A DNA stretch of 64,000 nucleotides, taken from the IMG/VR virus record IMGVR_UViG_3300042691_046823; one strand, written 5' to 3'. The translations under genes and the position numbers were made by a program. The notes under the pieces are model-generated. The model was not told the DNA's origin. It searched no databases and worked only from the letters and a program-made list of their open reading frames with translations. Origin of the DNA: a virus. Below, one piece after another: positions 39,557 through 47,506 of this stretch (position 1 is the stretch's first letter; each line of letters begins with the position of its first letter).

Positions 39557-39680
39557 TATCACCAAAATGCACTGCTAACACTTGGTATTAGAATTTAGGT
39601 ATAAATATCTATACCAAGTTCTTGGCAGTCCACACTACCGCAACGGTATAAATAACTTTAGAAGCATTTTGGAGAAATCA

Positions 39681-40700
39681 ATGACCGCACCAAAAAAAAT
39701 CCGCTGGCTGATCGCACATCAACCACAACATCTTTTCGTCCGTACTGCACGAGCCTTCAATGAAGAATTAGAACGCTTGATGCCTGGGCAGTTTGAAGTA
39801 GAAATCCTGACCTACCAAGATTACAAAGATCGCTACGGCGATATTGAGGGTCTTGCAGGGTTAGACGCAGTAGATGAAGCCGGTGATCACAATTGGGAAA
39901 AATACGGCACACTGATGACCCAGGGCATGAACGCATTTTGGCGTGCTATCCAAGATGGGGCATTTGAAATGAGCCAGATCCAGGTAAATCGTGTAGGCGA
40001 GATCAGCAATGATTTCGCGGCCTTGGACCTGCCCTTTTTGTTTGATGATCACGACCATGTCAGTCGAGTAGTGGATGGTGAAATTGGCCGAGAGATGCTG
40101 GCCAAACTGAGCCAAGAATCTGGAGTGCGTGGATTAGCATTCACTTACAGCGGCGGGTATCGAGTGATCGGCAGCAACGAACCTATCACGAGTCTGGATG
40201 ATCTTCAAGCATTCAAGGTGGTGGTAGAAAATGATATTTCAATCCAGCAAACGTTGAATTCGTTAAATGTACCGTCGGTCGTCATGCCGTCGAGCTTGTG
40301 GAAAAAATTTGATCCTATCAACAGCGGCAAGGCAGACGCCATGGAAACCACTTATCTGCGCTTCTATGGCAAGCATGTGCTCAAAACAAATCATAGTGTG
40401 TTCATGACCACAGTTTTGGCCAACAACCATTTCTGGCACAGCCTTGATGAAGACCAACAACAGGCGTTTTTATCAGCGGCCCAATCTACCGCGGCTATAG
40501 AGCGCCGCTGGAGTTTGGAGGATGCCGAAAAGTTCGAACGCGATGCAAAAGCCAATGGCGTGACGATACACGATATGACCGAATCTGACAAACAAAAATT
40601 GCGCAAGCATGCTCGGATCAGTTATGTTGCTGCCACGACCAAGACCAAGAATGGTGTTTCACCTGAATTGGTATCTCGCATCCGCCGTACTGTACACTGA
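39681..40700 (+). CDS. TRAP transporter substrate-binding protein (DctP-like)
   Basis: LDLPFLFDDHDH, GYRVI, TNH; no signal peptide apparent; TATAAATA upstream. Confidence 0.85.
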   Translation: MTAPKKIRWLIAHQPQHLFVRTARAFNEELERLMPGQFEVEILTYQDYKDRYGDIEGLAGLDAVDEAGDHNWEKYGTLMTQGMNAFWRAIQDGAFEMSQIQVNRVGEISNDFAALDLPFLFDDHDHVSRVVDGEIGREMLAKLSQESGVRGLAFTYSGGYRVIGSNEPITSLDDLQAFKVVVENDISIQQTLNSLNVPSVVMPSSLWKKFDPINSGKADAMETTYLRFYGKHVLKTNHSVFMTTVLANNHFWHSLDEDQQQAFLSAAQSTAAIERRWSLEDAEKFERDAKANGVTIHDMTESDKQKLRKHARISYVAATTKTKNGVSPELVSRIRRTVH

Positions 40701-41858
40701 TCATTCCAAAGCATAGATATTGATACAGCCCTTGACCCCTTTGGTGGGGTCAAGTGGATCGTTCAACCAATAATTTCCCAATCGTCGGACCCACTCTCTA
40801 ATGCCTGACTTGGCAAGGTCCACGGTGGCATTGTTTTGCTGGCGCCAGAACCATTCGTCCCTATGTCCAACCAACATATCACGAGGTTTGGGCTGAACCA
40901 ATGTGGATGAATCCCATCCAGGATAGATCAATTCGTTGAAAGCGTTGATGCTAAGATACCTACCGTGTCGACGACTCCGAGGACAAAATCCCGATTCGGG
41001 ATGATCGGTATACCAGGCAGGATCAGCATGATCATGTTCTAACACACGCCGTAACACATGGCACTGTTTGGCCACCAAGGCAGCGGTGTATGGGCTCCAG
41101 TAGAACCATTCATCGAAATAACCCTGGTCAGCCAAACTCTGGATTCGTATGTTGGTTTCACTGAATGAATCCTGGAACATCACATGATAGCGGTTGTCTT
41201 TCAATGTCATGCGAGGTTTTTCTGTGCCCCAGACAAAGACCATCCTGCGACCCGAATCCATGATTCGACGATAGTCAGCAATGTCATCGCGTAGATAGCT
41301 GCGGGCCAGGCTGTTGGCCGAAGCCATGCTCTTGGTATTGTAGATAAAATCAAATCTGATATCATGCCGAGAGTACAGCCCATCAATGCAGTCGCTGAGA
41401 TCTATCACGCGATGTCGTATGTTGGGGTACCGTTGCACTATTTCTTGCGTGCGCGGTATAGCAGTAAAAAAGGTTTCCTCGTTGAAATCGCTGTGCTTGT
41501 TGCCGCCATCAGCTTTGAGGCTGTGGCAGTGTGCGATTTCGTCGATGGGTATGTTATTTGATAGAAAGGAGTTAAGAATGTTCCATGAATCAGCACCACC
41601 GCTGTACCATATAACCACGTAGTCATAGCTGTCTCTTATCTGTTGCGCACGCTGGCGATATAACTCATTCAGGGGTTGGGGTGGTTCTTGCAACCAATTA
41701 TGGCTGCTCATCTGGATCTCGTTGAAATGCCATTCCAGATGTTGGCCCGTGCGGCGCATTTCTTCGATGGCCAAAAGTTTGCTGTGGGTCCGGAACCTAT
41801 CACCTACTGTGTAGTAACCAAACTGATCGCCGGAATATTGTATGGTCTGGAGTGTCAT
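40701..41858 (-). CDS. PP-loop (adenine nucleotide alpha-hydrolase) protein
   Basis: YDYVVIWYSGGADS; paralog of 49433..50665. Confidence 0.7.
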   Translation of the reverse strand: MTLQTIQYSGDQFGYYTVGDRFRTHSKLLAIEEMRRTGQHLEWHFNEIQMSSHNWLQEPPQPLNELYRQRAQQIRDSYDYVVIWYSGGADSWNILNSFLSNNIPIDEIAHCHSLKADGGNKHSDFNEETFFTAIPRTQEIVQRYPNIRHRVIDLSDCIDGLYSRHDIRFDFIYNTKSMASANSLARSYLRDDIADYRRIMDSGRRMVFVWGTEKPRMTLKDNRYHVMFQDSFSETNIRIQSLADQGYFDEWFYWSPYTAALVAKQCHVLRRVLEHDHADPAWYTDHPESGFCPRSRRHGRYLSINAFNELIYPGWDSSTLVQPKPRDMLVGHRDEWFWRQQNNATVDLAKSGIREWVRRLGNYWLNDPLDPTKGVKGCINIYALE

Positions 41859-41901
41859 GCAATATATATTTTACACTTTTTCAACCAAGGAATAAACTCA
41901 A

Positions 41902-42792
41902 ATGAAAAAACTCGTATTAGCAGTAGTCATGTTAGTATCATCCCACGTGGCCATGGCCAAAGACACCTTGTCGATCATCTGGCCTTTTGGCCCGGTGGCT
42001 GCCACCTTGCCTGTAAGGAGCATGATAGATAATCACAACCGTACAGGGCAATCTCCCACACTGATCTTGGAGTTCAAACAAGGTGCCGGCGGAGTGGTAG
42101 CCACGCAACATGTGCTGTCCAGTTCCGAACCCATTATCTACTATGCGTCGGCCGGATTTTTTTTGTACAATGCCTTTGCAGAAAAACAGGCCTATGATGT
42201 GAACAAGTTCATGACCCTTAAACATCTTTGCGACTTGCCAGTGACCGTGGCCAGCAAGAAGTTTCCTTCCATGCGAGCTATCCCATCTGATCGCCCTGTG
42301 ACCGTGGCTACCACCGGCACAGGCAACGGTTTCCATTTGGTATTCAAGGCCTTGCAACGACAGTATCCTAACATGATCGAGATTGCCTACAAGGGCAGTG
42401 CAGATGGCATCAAAGATCTGCTGGGCGATCATGTGGACATGATCATTGCCACACCGGGAGATACCTTTCCGTTGGAGGACAACAAACTGGCCAAGAACAT
42501 TGGCGTGACCGGTTCCAGCCGCGTGCGCAGTATCCCTACGCTGACCGAATCTTTGATTCCAAACACTCAGCGCCTGACCATAGGTTACTATTTCTTCCTG
42601 GACCAGAGATTCGCTGATCGTGCCGAATCCTATCGCAAGATTTTGGACACCAGTGTGGACAACAACACCAAGGAGATCATGGCTAAGAATCACTGTGTAC
42701 CGGCCACTACCTCTGCGGCACAACTGCCAGGCTTCATCCAGAACGCCCAGACTTTTTGGAACCAACAAGCGGCTGCTGTGCGCACCAAATAA
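41902..42792 (+). CDS. Bug/TctC substrate-binding protein
   Basis: signal peptide, KQGAGG, YKGS..DLLGDHVD, IPTL.E. Confidence 0.85.
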   Translation: MKKLVLAVVMLVSSHVAMAKDTLSIIWPFGPVAATLPVRSMIDNHNRTGQSPTLILEFKQGAGGVVATQHVLSSSEPIIYYASAGFFLYNAFAEKQAYDVNKFMTLKHLCDLPVTVASKKFPSMRAIPSDRPVTVATTGTGNGFHLVFKALQRQYPNMIEIAYKGSADGIKDLLGDHVDMIIATPGDTFPLEDNKLAKNIGVTGSSRVRSIPTLTESLIPNTQRLTIGYYFFLDQRFADRAESYRKILDTSVDNNTKEIMAKNHCVPATTSAAQLPGFIQNAQTFWNQQAAAVRTK

Positions 42793-42857
42793 GCACTATG
42801 CGTTCCAGATGTTTTTTATCAAGATCAGATCTTGATAGGTTTCGGAAAAACTCAAGG

Positions 42858-42886
42858 TTGACAAGATATAAATAAACCCATACAAT
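42858..42886 (+). promoter_or_regulatory. consensus sigma70 promoter with nested TATAAATA late promoter
   Basis: TTGACA-N17-TACAAT; TATAAATA at 42867-74. Confidence 0.85.
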
Positions 42887-42896
42887 AGATACTATT

Positions 42897-43025
42897 ATGG
42901 AACTTAGCACTTCATTATCAATATCGCACAAGCATCTGATGTTTGGTTGTCAGCCAACATGGGTTGGATGCCTATCAGTGTATACTCGTGCGATCGAGGA
43001 CAATGATAGTGGAGGGTCTGTGTAG
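42897..43025 (+). CDS. candidate attenuator leader peptide (42 aa, all 20 amino acids)
   Basis: MELSTSLSISHKHLMFGCQPTWVGCLSVYTRAIEDNDSGGSV*; stop lies in antiterminator 5' arm. Confidence 0.65.
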   Translation: MELSTSLSISHKHLMFGCQPTWVGCLSVYTRAIEDNDSGGSV

Positions 43026-43088
43026 ATAACTTAGTATCAAGTTTTTTACAAAGACCCTGGATCGAAAGATACCAGGGTTTTTTATTTT
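43013..43088 (+). terminator. overlapping antiterminator/terminator (attenuator)
   Basis: 43013-32 pairs 43039-58; alternatively 43052-63 pairs 43068-80 (GAAA loop) followed by T-run. Confidence 0.8.
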
Positions 43089-43100
43089 ACAAGGATGAAG

Positions 43101-43271
43101 ATGAACAATGTTTGTGAATTTGGATGTGAATGCGATAGCTCGGTGTTCAAAAATTTTGAGACAGTATTAGATCCCATGGATCTCGACCGATTGATACAGG
43201 ATAAGATAGCCAGAGCTCGCAGATACATCGAACTACAGGAGAACATCGGCAAAAAAGTTCAAGCCGATTGA
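43101..43271 (+). CDS. small hypothetical protein (56 aa)
   Basis: AAGGA SD; first ORF after attenuator. Confidence 0.5.
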   Translation: MNNVCEFGCECDSSVFKNFETVLDPMDLDRLIQDKIARARRYIELQENIGKKVQAD

Positions 43272-43419
43272 TTTCTAAGACGCCTAAACGCAACGAGGGT
43301 GAGTGCCGGCGTCAAATAAATTGGCCTAACGGGCGGACCGGTGGATGGAGTTCTTCTTGTAGAACAAAAAATACCGGCGATAGCCAAGCACATTCCAACA
43401 AGTGTGCTTCGCTATCTAT

Positions 43420-43493
43420 CGCGGGTTAGAGAAATGGTATCTCGGGAGTCTCATAAGCTCCAGTTGGCGGTTCAACTCCGTCACCCGCAACCA
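43420..43493 (+). tRNA. tRNA-Met (CAU), initiator-like acceptor stem
   Basis: CGCGGG start, C1xA72 mismatch, CTCATAA loop, CCA. Confidence 0.88.
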
Positions 43494-43497
43494 ACAT

Positions 43498-43581
43498 GGA
43501 GAAGAAGCATCAATGGTGATGCACTGGACTGTAAATCCGGCGCCTCGGGCACGACTGGTTCGATCCCAGTATTCTCCACCA
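43498..43581 (+). tRNA. tRNA-Tyr (GUA)
   Basis: CTGTAAA loop, long variable arm, CCA. Confidence 0.92.
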
Positions 43582-43585
43582 ATAA

Positions 43586-43660
43586 GGTCCTATAGTTTAT
43601 CGGTTAGAATTCCGCCCTGTCACGGCGGGGGGACGAGTTCGATTCTCGTTGGGACCGCCA
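43586..43660 (+). tRNA. tRNA-Asp (GUC)
   Basis: CTGTCAC loop, GCCA end. Confidence 0.92.
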
Positions 43661-43667
43661 TTTGTAT

Positions 43668-43741
43668 TCCGGTGTGGTATAATGGCATTATGGCGGTCTC
43701 CAAAACCGTTGATGGGGGTTCGATTCCCTCCACCGGAGCCA
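43668..43741 (+). tRNA. tRNA-Trp (CCA)
   Basis: CTCCAAA loop, GCCA end. Confidence 0.92.
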
Positions 43742-43749
43742 AGTTTTAT

Positions 43750-43824
43750 GCACCGTTCGTCTATCGGTTAGGACACCGCCCTTTCACGGCGGGAAGAGGA
43801 GTTCGATTCTCCTACGGTGTACCA
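43750..43824 (+). tRNA. tRNA-Glu (UUC)
   Basis: CTTTCAC loop, CCA. Confidence 0.92.
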
Positions 43825-43831
43825 CAACAAT

Positions 43832-43909
43832 GCATCGGTACCAGAGAGGCCCAATGGCGAGGTCTGCAAAACCTTCGATTCGCTGGTTCGAATCCAGCCC
43901 GATGCTCCA
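43832..43909 (+). tRNA. tRNA-Cys (GCA)
   Basis: CTGCAAA loop, U73 TCCA end. Confidence 0.92.
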
Positions 43910-43998
43910 ACAGATCTATGTCAACGAAACATCTGAGCAAGGCGTTAAATGTATACACAGTCGACAATCTTCTGTGCTCAACCCGAAAGGAAAATACC

Positions 43999-44220
43999 AT
44001 GAAACTCTTGACCGCAATCGTTGCATCCGCATTTGCTGTAACCGCTTTCGCACAAGCACCAGCACCTGCCAAGAAAGACGAAAAGAAAGCCGCGCCTGCT
44101 GCCGCAACCGCATCTGCAAAGGATGCCAAGCCGGCCGCTCCTAAAAGTGACGCTAAAGCAGCCCCTGCCAAAAGCGACGCTAAAAAGGACGATAAAAAAG
44201 CCGAAGCCGCTAAGAAGTAA
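43999..44220 (+). CDS. secreted Ala/Lys/Pro-rich low-complexity protein
   Basis: signal peptide ending AFA; KSDAK repeats; AAGGA SD. Confidence 0.8.
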   Translation: MKLLTAIVASAFAVTAFAQAPAPAKKDEKKAAPAAATASAKDAKPAAPKSDAKAAPAKSDAKKDDKKAEAAKK

Positions 44221-44423
44221 TCCTTCGAGGTATCTTCTACTACATGTACAGAACGATGACTTTGGTTTTTGGATCGATGACGAATCCATACATGTAGGAT
44301 ATAGAAAACCTTCGTTGACAAAGAAAGACATTCCCGTTGATGATCTTTCTGAACAAGTGAAGTTCCGTTTGTGGTTGGCCAGGCAACTGGCCCTTATGAA
44401 AGCAAGCGGGTATGACCTGAGAA

Positions 44424-44452
44424 CCCAGATCTAATCTGGGTTTTCTTTTTTT
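44424..44452 (+). terminator. intrinsic terminator
   Basis: CCCAGAT/ATCTGGG stem plus T-run. Confidence 0.7.
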
Positions 44453-44537
44453 AAAAACCGGGGTGTATTGAATCCCGGTTATATCGATTTACTTTGGGAG
44501 CAGGACACCGCAGGGACGAATTGTTCCTGGGACACCA

Positions 44538-44566
44538 TTGACACACATATCAAGATATAGTATAAT
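44538..44566 (+). promoter_or_regulatory. consensus sigma70 promoter
   Basis: TTGACA-N17-TATAAT. Confidence 0.88.
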
Positions 44567-44595
44567 TACTTGTCGTCACTATCAAGGAAAAAAAC

Positions 44596-44832
44596 ATGGC
44601 AAGGATCACCAGCGAAGAAGCCAGTGCGGCTGTAGGCAGTCATTATGATCTCGTGCTCATAGCCAGTCGGCGTGTGCGCGAATTGAGAAATGGATATGCT
44701 CCTGAGATCACCGATGTACACAGAAGTGAAATCGTGACTGCATTGAGAGAGATTGAGCAGGAAAAAATCGGCAGAGATTATCTACTAAAAAATCCCGAAA
44801 TCCAACGCGACACCAAAAGGAAAGCCAAATGA
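44596..44832 (+). CDS. rpoZ: RNA polymerase omega subunit homolog
   Basis: MARIT.E, YDLVLIASRRVREL, VTALREIE. Confidence 0.85.
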   Translation: MARITSEEASAAVGSHYDLVLIASRRVRELRNGYAPEITDVHRSEIVTALREIEQEKIGRDYLLKNPEIQRDTKRKAK

Positions 44833-44990
44833 AAAAACCTGGATCAAATTACAAGATGAGCAAGGCCGGCAAGATCAGTCTTGCGGTGAACTGGAATCGT
44901 CCGCACAAGTCCGCACGTCGTCGAGGAATAGTGCAGGCCGAGTTGTACGGTTCAGAAGTGATCAAAAGCAAACGAGAAAACCAAAAGTAG
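44829..44990 (+). CDS. small basic protein (53 aa)
   Basis: ATGA coupling to rpoZ. Confidence 0.55.
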   Translation: MKKPGSNYKMSKAGKISLAVNWNRPHKSARRRGIVQAELYGSEVIKSKRENQK

Positions 44991-44999
44991 ATACGGTTC

Positions 45000-45073
45000 G
45001 CCCCTTTAGTTAAATGGTATAACAGTTGATTTGTAATCATCAATTGGCAGTTCGATTCTGTCAAGGGGCACCA
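45000..45073 (+). tRNA. tRNA-Thr (UGU)
   Basis: GCCCCTT/AAGGGGC acceptor, TTTGTAA loop, CCA. Confidence 0.9.
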
Positions 45074-45421
45074 TGCATGAGCCGGTGAGAGAAAGCAGGC
45101 TCGCCACCATCTCAACTGTGAGAGAATGTACCACCCTGGACTTCTGTAGCCGTGATAGGCCATGCTCCGTGGCTGGAGATAAACATGTCTCAGGGGATCT
45201 GCACGCCGTCTGGAAAACGGCTTGAGCTGAGCGATCAGTGTGAAGATCTTAAACACAGCACAGTCGGTTCATGCATGGATCAAGGGCAATGCTTTAGCAG
45301 TCGTCGGGCAGGACCAATTTGGCAAAATGCCCGGGCCACTTGCCCCCATGGTTTCAACGACATGGACCATCAGCGATACAAGGAAGACAAACTAACCGCG
45401 TCACTCGCTGCCATGTTTTTT
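45074..45421 (+). ncRNA. unclassified large structured RNA directly after tRNA-Thr
   Basis: long closing helix 45074-84/45265-75, multibranch interior with GCGA tetraloop, second domain to T-run. Confidence 0.6.
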
Positions 45422-45446
45422 ATCATTTGTCATATATACGCAGATA

Positions 45447-45884
45447 ATGTTAAGAATAATCACAGACATCGCCGATCCATTGTTGGACTTCCTCAAGGAT
45501 GATCCGGTGCGGCCAGAAATCCCACGTGAGTTCCGTGTGACTGAACATCGATTTGTGGCAGCCTTGGTCGACGGAAAACCTCGAGCCATGGTCTGTGTCA
45601 GCCTCCGAGATAATGTACCCGCGGGAGTAAGCGATCTCCATGGTGATTGCAATAATCCTACTACTGCGGTATTTTATACCATATGGAGTTATGTTTCTGG
45701 TGCCGCATCTGAATTGCTTTTTGACACAGTGCAGGCTATACAAGAACAGTTTCCCACCGTGACGAGATTCGTTACCCTAAGTCCAAAAACTGACATGGCT
45801 TACAAGTTCCATATACGCAATGGTGCCCATGTGTTGAGAGAAAACACAGACACTGTCAATTATGAATACGTGATAGGAGGATGA
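45447..45884 (+). CDS. hypothetical protein, possible GNAT fold
   Basis: DDPVRP, FYTIWSY, TLSP, FHIRNGA. Confidence 0.65.
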   Translation: MLRIITDIADPLLDFLKDDPVRPEIPREFRVTEHRFVAALVDGKPRAMVCVSLRDNVPAGVSDLHGDCNNPTTAVFYTIWSYVSGAASELLFDTVQAIQEQFPTVTRFVTLSPKTDMAYKFHIRNGAHVLRENTDTVNYEYVIGG

Positions 45885-45885
45885 A

Positions 45886-46056
45886 ATGTCCGAGAAAAAG
45901 ATAAACAATCATGTACTGGCACTGAAGCAAGCTCTGGCACGCAAACATGGTGCGTCTCATCCCGATGCCGAGGGCAAAGAACAAACTACCAAACCCGGAA
46001 AACCTCCGGTGTTTACCAACAAACCCCAGAAACGAGTCACTGGTCGTGGTCGATAA
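45886..46056 (+). CDS. small basic protein (56 aa)
   Basis: GGAGG SD; ends RVTGRGR. Confidence 0.55.
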   Translation: MSEKKINNHVLALKQALARKHGASHPDAEGKEQTTKPGKPPVFTNKPQKRVTGRGR

Positions 46057-46149
46057 TCTAAGTTGGTGGCAAATAGTATTGTGTTTGGCTGTGCCTGCCA
46101 ATTACTTTTATTGGATAGTCTTACATCAAATGCTTTTTCCAGAAAACAG

Positions 46150-46178
46150 TTGACCAGAAACGGCCTGGCCAGTATAAT
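46150..46178 (+). promoter_or_regulatory. sigma70-like promoter
   Basis: TTGACCAGAAA-type, N17, TATAAT; ATG 6 nt later. Confidence 0.8.
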
Positions 46179-46184
46179 CCTTGC

Positions 46185-46550
46185 ATGGACTTTTACATAG
46201 ACGAAGCGTATCTCACTGACATTGTAGTGCGGTCCGAATATCCACGCTACAATGATCGCACGGAGCTCACTGCAGAAGAATTGATTTCAATCATAAAGAA
46301 TCCTATGCCCACAGTCTGCGTTGGCACCAAAGATCATCCTGAGTTTACGTGTCTTCGTGAGCAGTTGGAACAACAAGGATATATTCAAGTTCAACGTAGA
46401 TGGTGGAACGGTGATCGTGTGCTAAAGCCGTTTAAGTTAAACGGTGTGAAATTTAAAAAAGATGAGCAGTTTCCCTGTGCCGCGGCCATGAAAGGTCATC
46501 TAAAGTTTCAAAGAAAATATTTAGGAGTACAGATTGAAAATTCAATTTAG
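46185..46550 (+). CDS. hypothetical protein, leaderless
   Basis: ORF begins at predicted +1. Confidence 0.65.
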   Translation: MDFYIDEAYLTDIVVRSEYPRYNDRTELTAEELISIIKNPMPTVCVGTKDHPEFTCLREQLEQQGYIQVQRRWWNGDRVLKPFKLNGVKFKKDEQFPCAAAMKGHLKFQRKYLGVQIENSI

Positions 46551-46716
46551 CAAGGATACCATGCCTGATGAATTGTACAATGCGTTGCTAAAACATTTTG
46601 TACATGAAGCAGTGGGGTTGGGCGTAGATGTATCGGGTGCTACTCAGTTTGAAAACTGGGTGGTAGAATGCGAAGTAAAAAACGCAGTTCATTAACTAAC
46701 ATGAAAGGAGCACATT

Positions 46717-47322
46717 ATGCCTAGCGTATTTTTAGTTAGCGACACGCACTTTGGTCACGCTGGCGTGTGCCGCTTTACCCGCGACGATGGAACCAAACTA
46801 CGTCCTTGGAACGATCCTGTAGAGATGGACGAAGACATGGTCAAGGCCTGGAACGAACGAGTTCGACCCAACGATAAAGTATATCACTTGGGCGATGCGG
46901 TAATCAACCGTAAAGCCTTGAAGACTTTAGGCAGGCTCAATGGTGACAAGGTCCTGATCCGTGGTAACCACGACATCTTCCGTGACACCGAATACAATCA
47001 ATACTTCCGTGAACTAAGGGCCTATCATGTGATGAATGGCATGATCCTGAGCCACATTCCAGTTCACGAAGCGTCATTGGGCCGCTTTGGTGTGAACATA
47101 CACGGGCACTTGCACTATCAGCGTGTGAGGCGGCCTCGTGGTGTAGATGCTCGCACAGGCGAAGTATTGTATGGTGCGGAAATTGACACACGGTATCATT
47201 GCGTGTGTGTGGAACAGACTCCGGACTTTGCACCTATCTTATTCGAAGACGTTGTCAAACGCATCAAAGAGGAGGGCGGCGTGGTTGGATTTAATAACGG
47301 TAATGGACCCATAGTGGATTAA
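46717..47322 (+). CDS. calcineurin-like metallophosphoesterase
   Basis: DTHFGH, HLGD, GNHD, HGHLH. Confidence 0.9.
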   Translation: MPSVFLVSDTHFGHAGVCRFTRDDGTKLRPWNDPVEMDEDMVKAWNERVRPNDKVYHLGDAVINRKALKTLGRLNGDKVLIRGNHDIFRDTEYNQYFRELRAYHVMNGMILSHIPVHEASLGRFGVNIHGHLHYQRVRRPRGVDARTGEVLYGAEIDTRYHCVCVEQTPDFAPILFEDVVKRIKEEGGVVGFNNGNGPIVD

Positions 47323-47330
47323 ATATGGCT

Positions 47331-47489
47331 ATGAAATTATGGGAAGCCACTGTGAGAGATCCCGGACCCGGAACACAAGAACGTACCGTGCGCATAGGGG
47401 CCGAAACTGCCGAAGAAGCCCGGCACCGATTGCAGGAGTTGTATGGACCAAGATCGATTCCCTATCTGCCTCGACTGGTTCCGCAATAA
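47331..47489 (+). CDS. small hypothetical protein (52 aa)
   Basis: MKLWEATVR...LYGPRSIPYLPR; TAAATA upstream. Confidence 0.5.
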   Translation: MKLWEATVRDPGPGTQERTVRIGAETAEEARHRLQELYGPRSIPYLPRLVPQ

Positions 47490-47506
47490 GTAGTACAGTA
47501 GTGATA

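Noticed and set aside
40701-41858. Calling the PP-loop proteins queC
   Set aside because: Only SGGxDS matches; QueC motifs (YGQ, VPxRN, C-terminal Zn cysteines) are absent and the size is much larger.
41938-42768. 276-aa minus-strand ORF
   Set aside because: Antisense shadow of the TctC gene, with no motifs. The same applies to most short minus-strand ORFs in the track.
43341-43998. ORFs 43341..43595 and the N-terminal 199 aa of 43402..44220
   Set aside because: They run through six tRNA genes; the real CDS starts at 43999 with SD and signal peptide.
44496-44530. SRP-like hairpin GGGAGCAG/TTGTTCCT with GCAGGAC also seen at 45308
   Set aside because: Lacks the SRP GGAA loop and AGCAG; similarity too short to support.
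45074-45275. RNase P RNA, 6S RNA or theta ribozyme identity for the post-tRNA RNA
   Set aside because: Lacks GAGGAAAGUCC and ACAGAA.CCGGCUUA, is multibranched rather than a 6S rod, and no HDV-like nested pseudoknot was found by eye.
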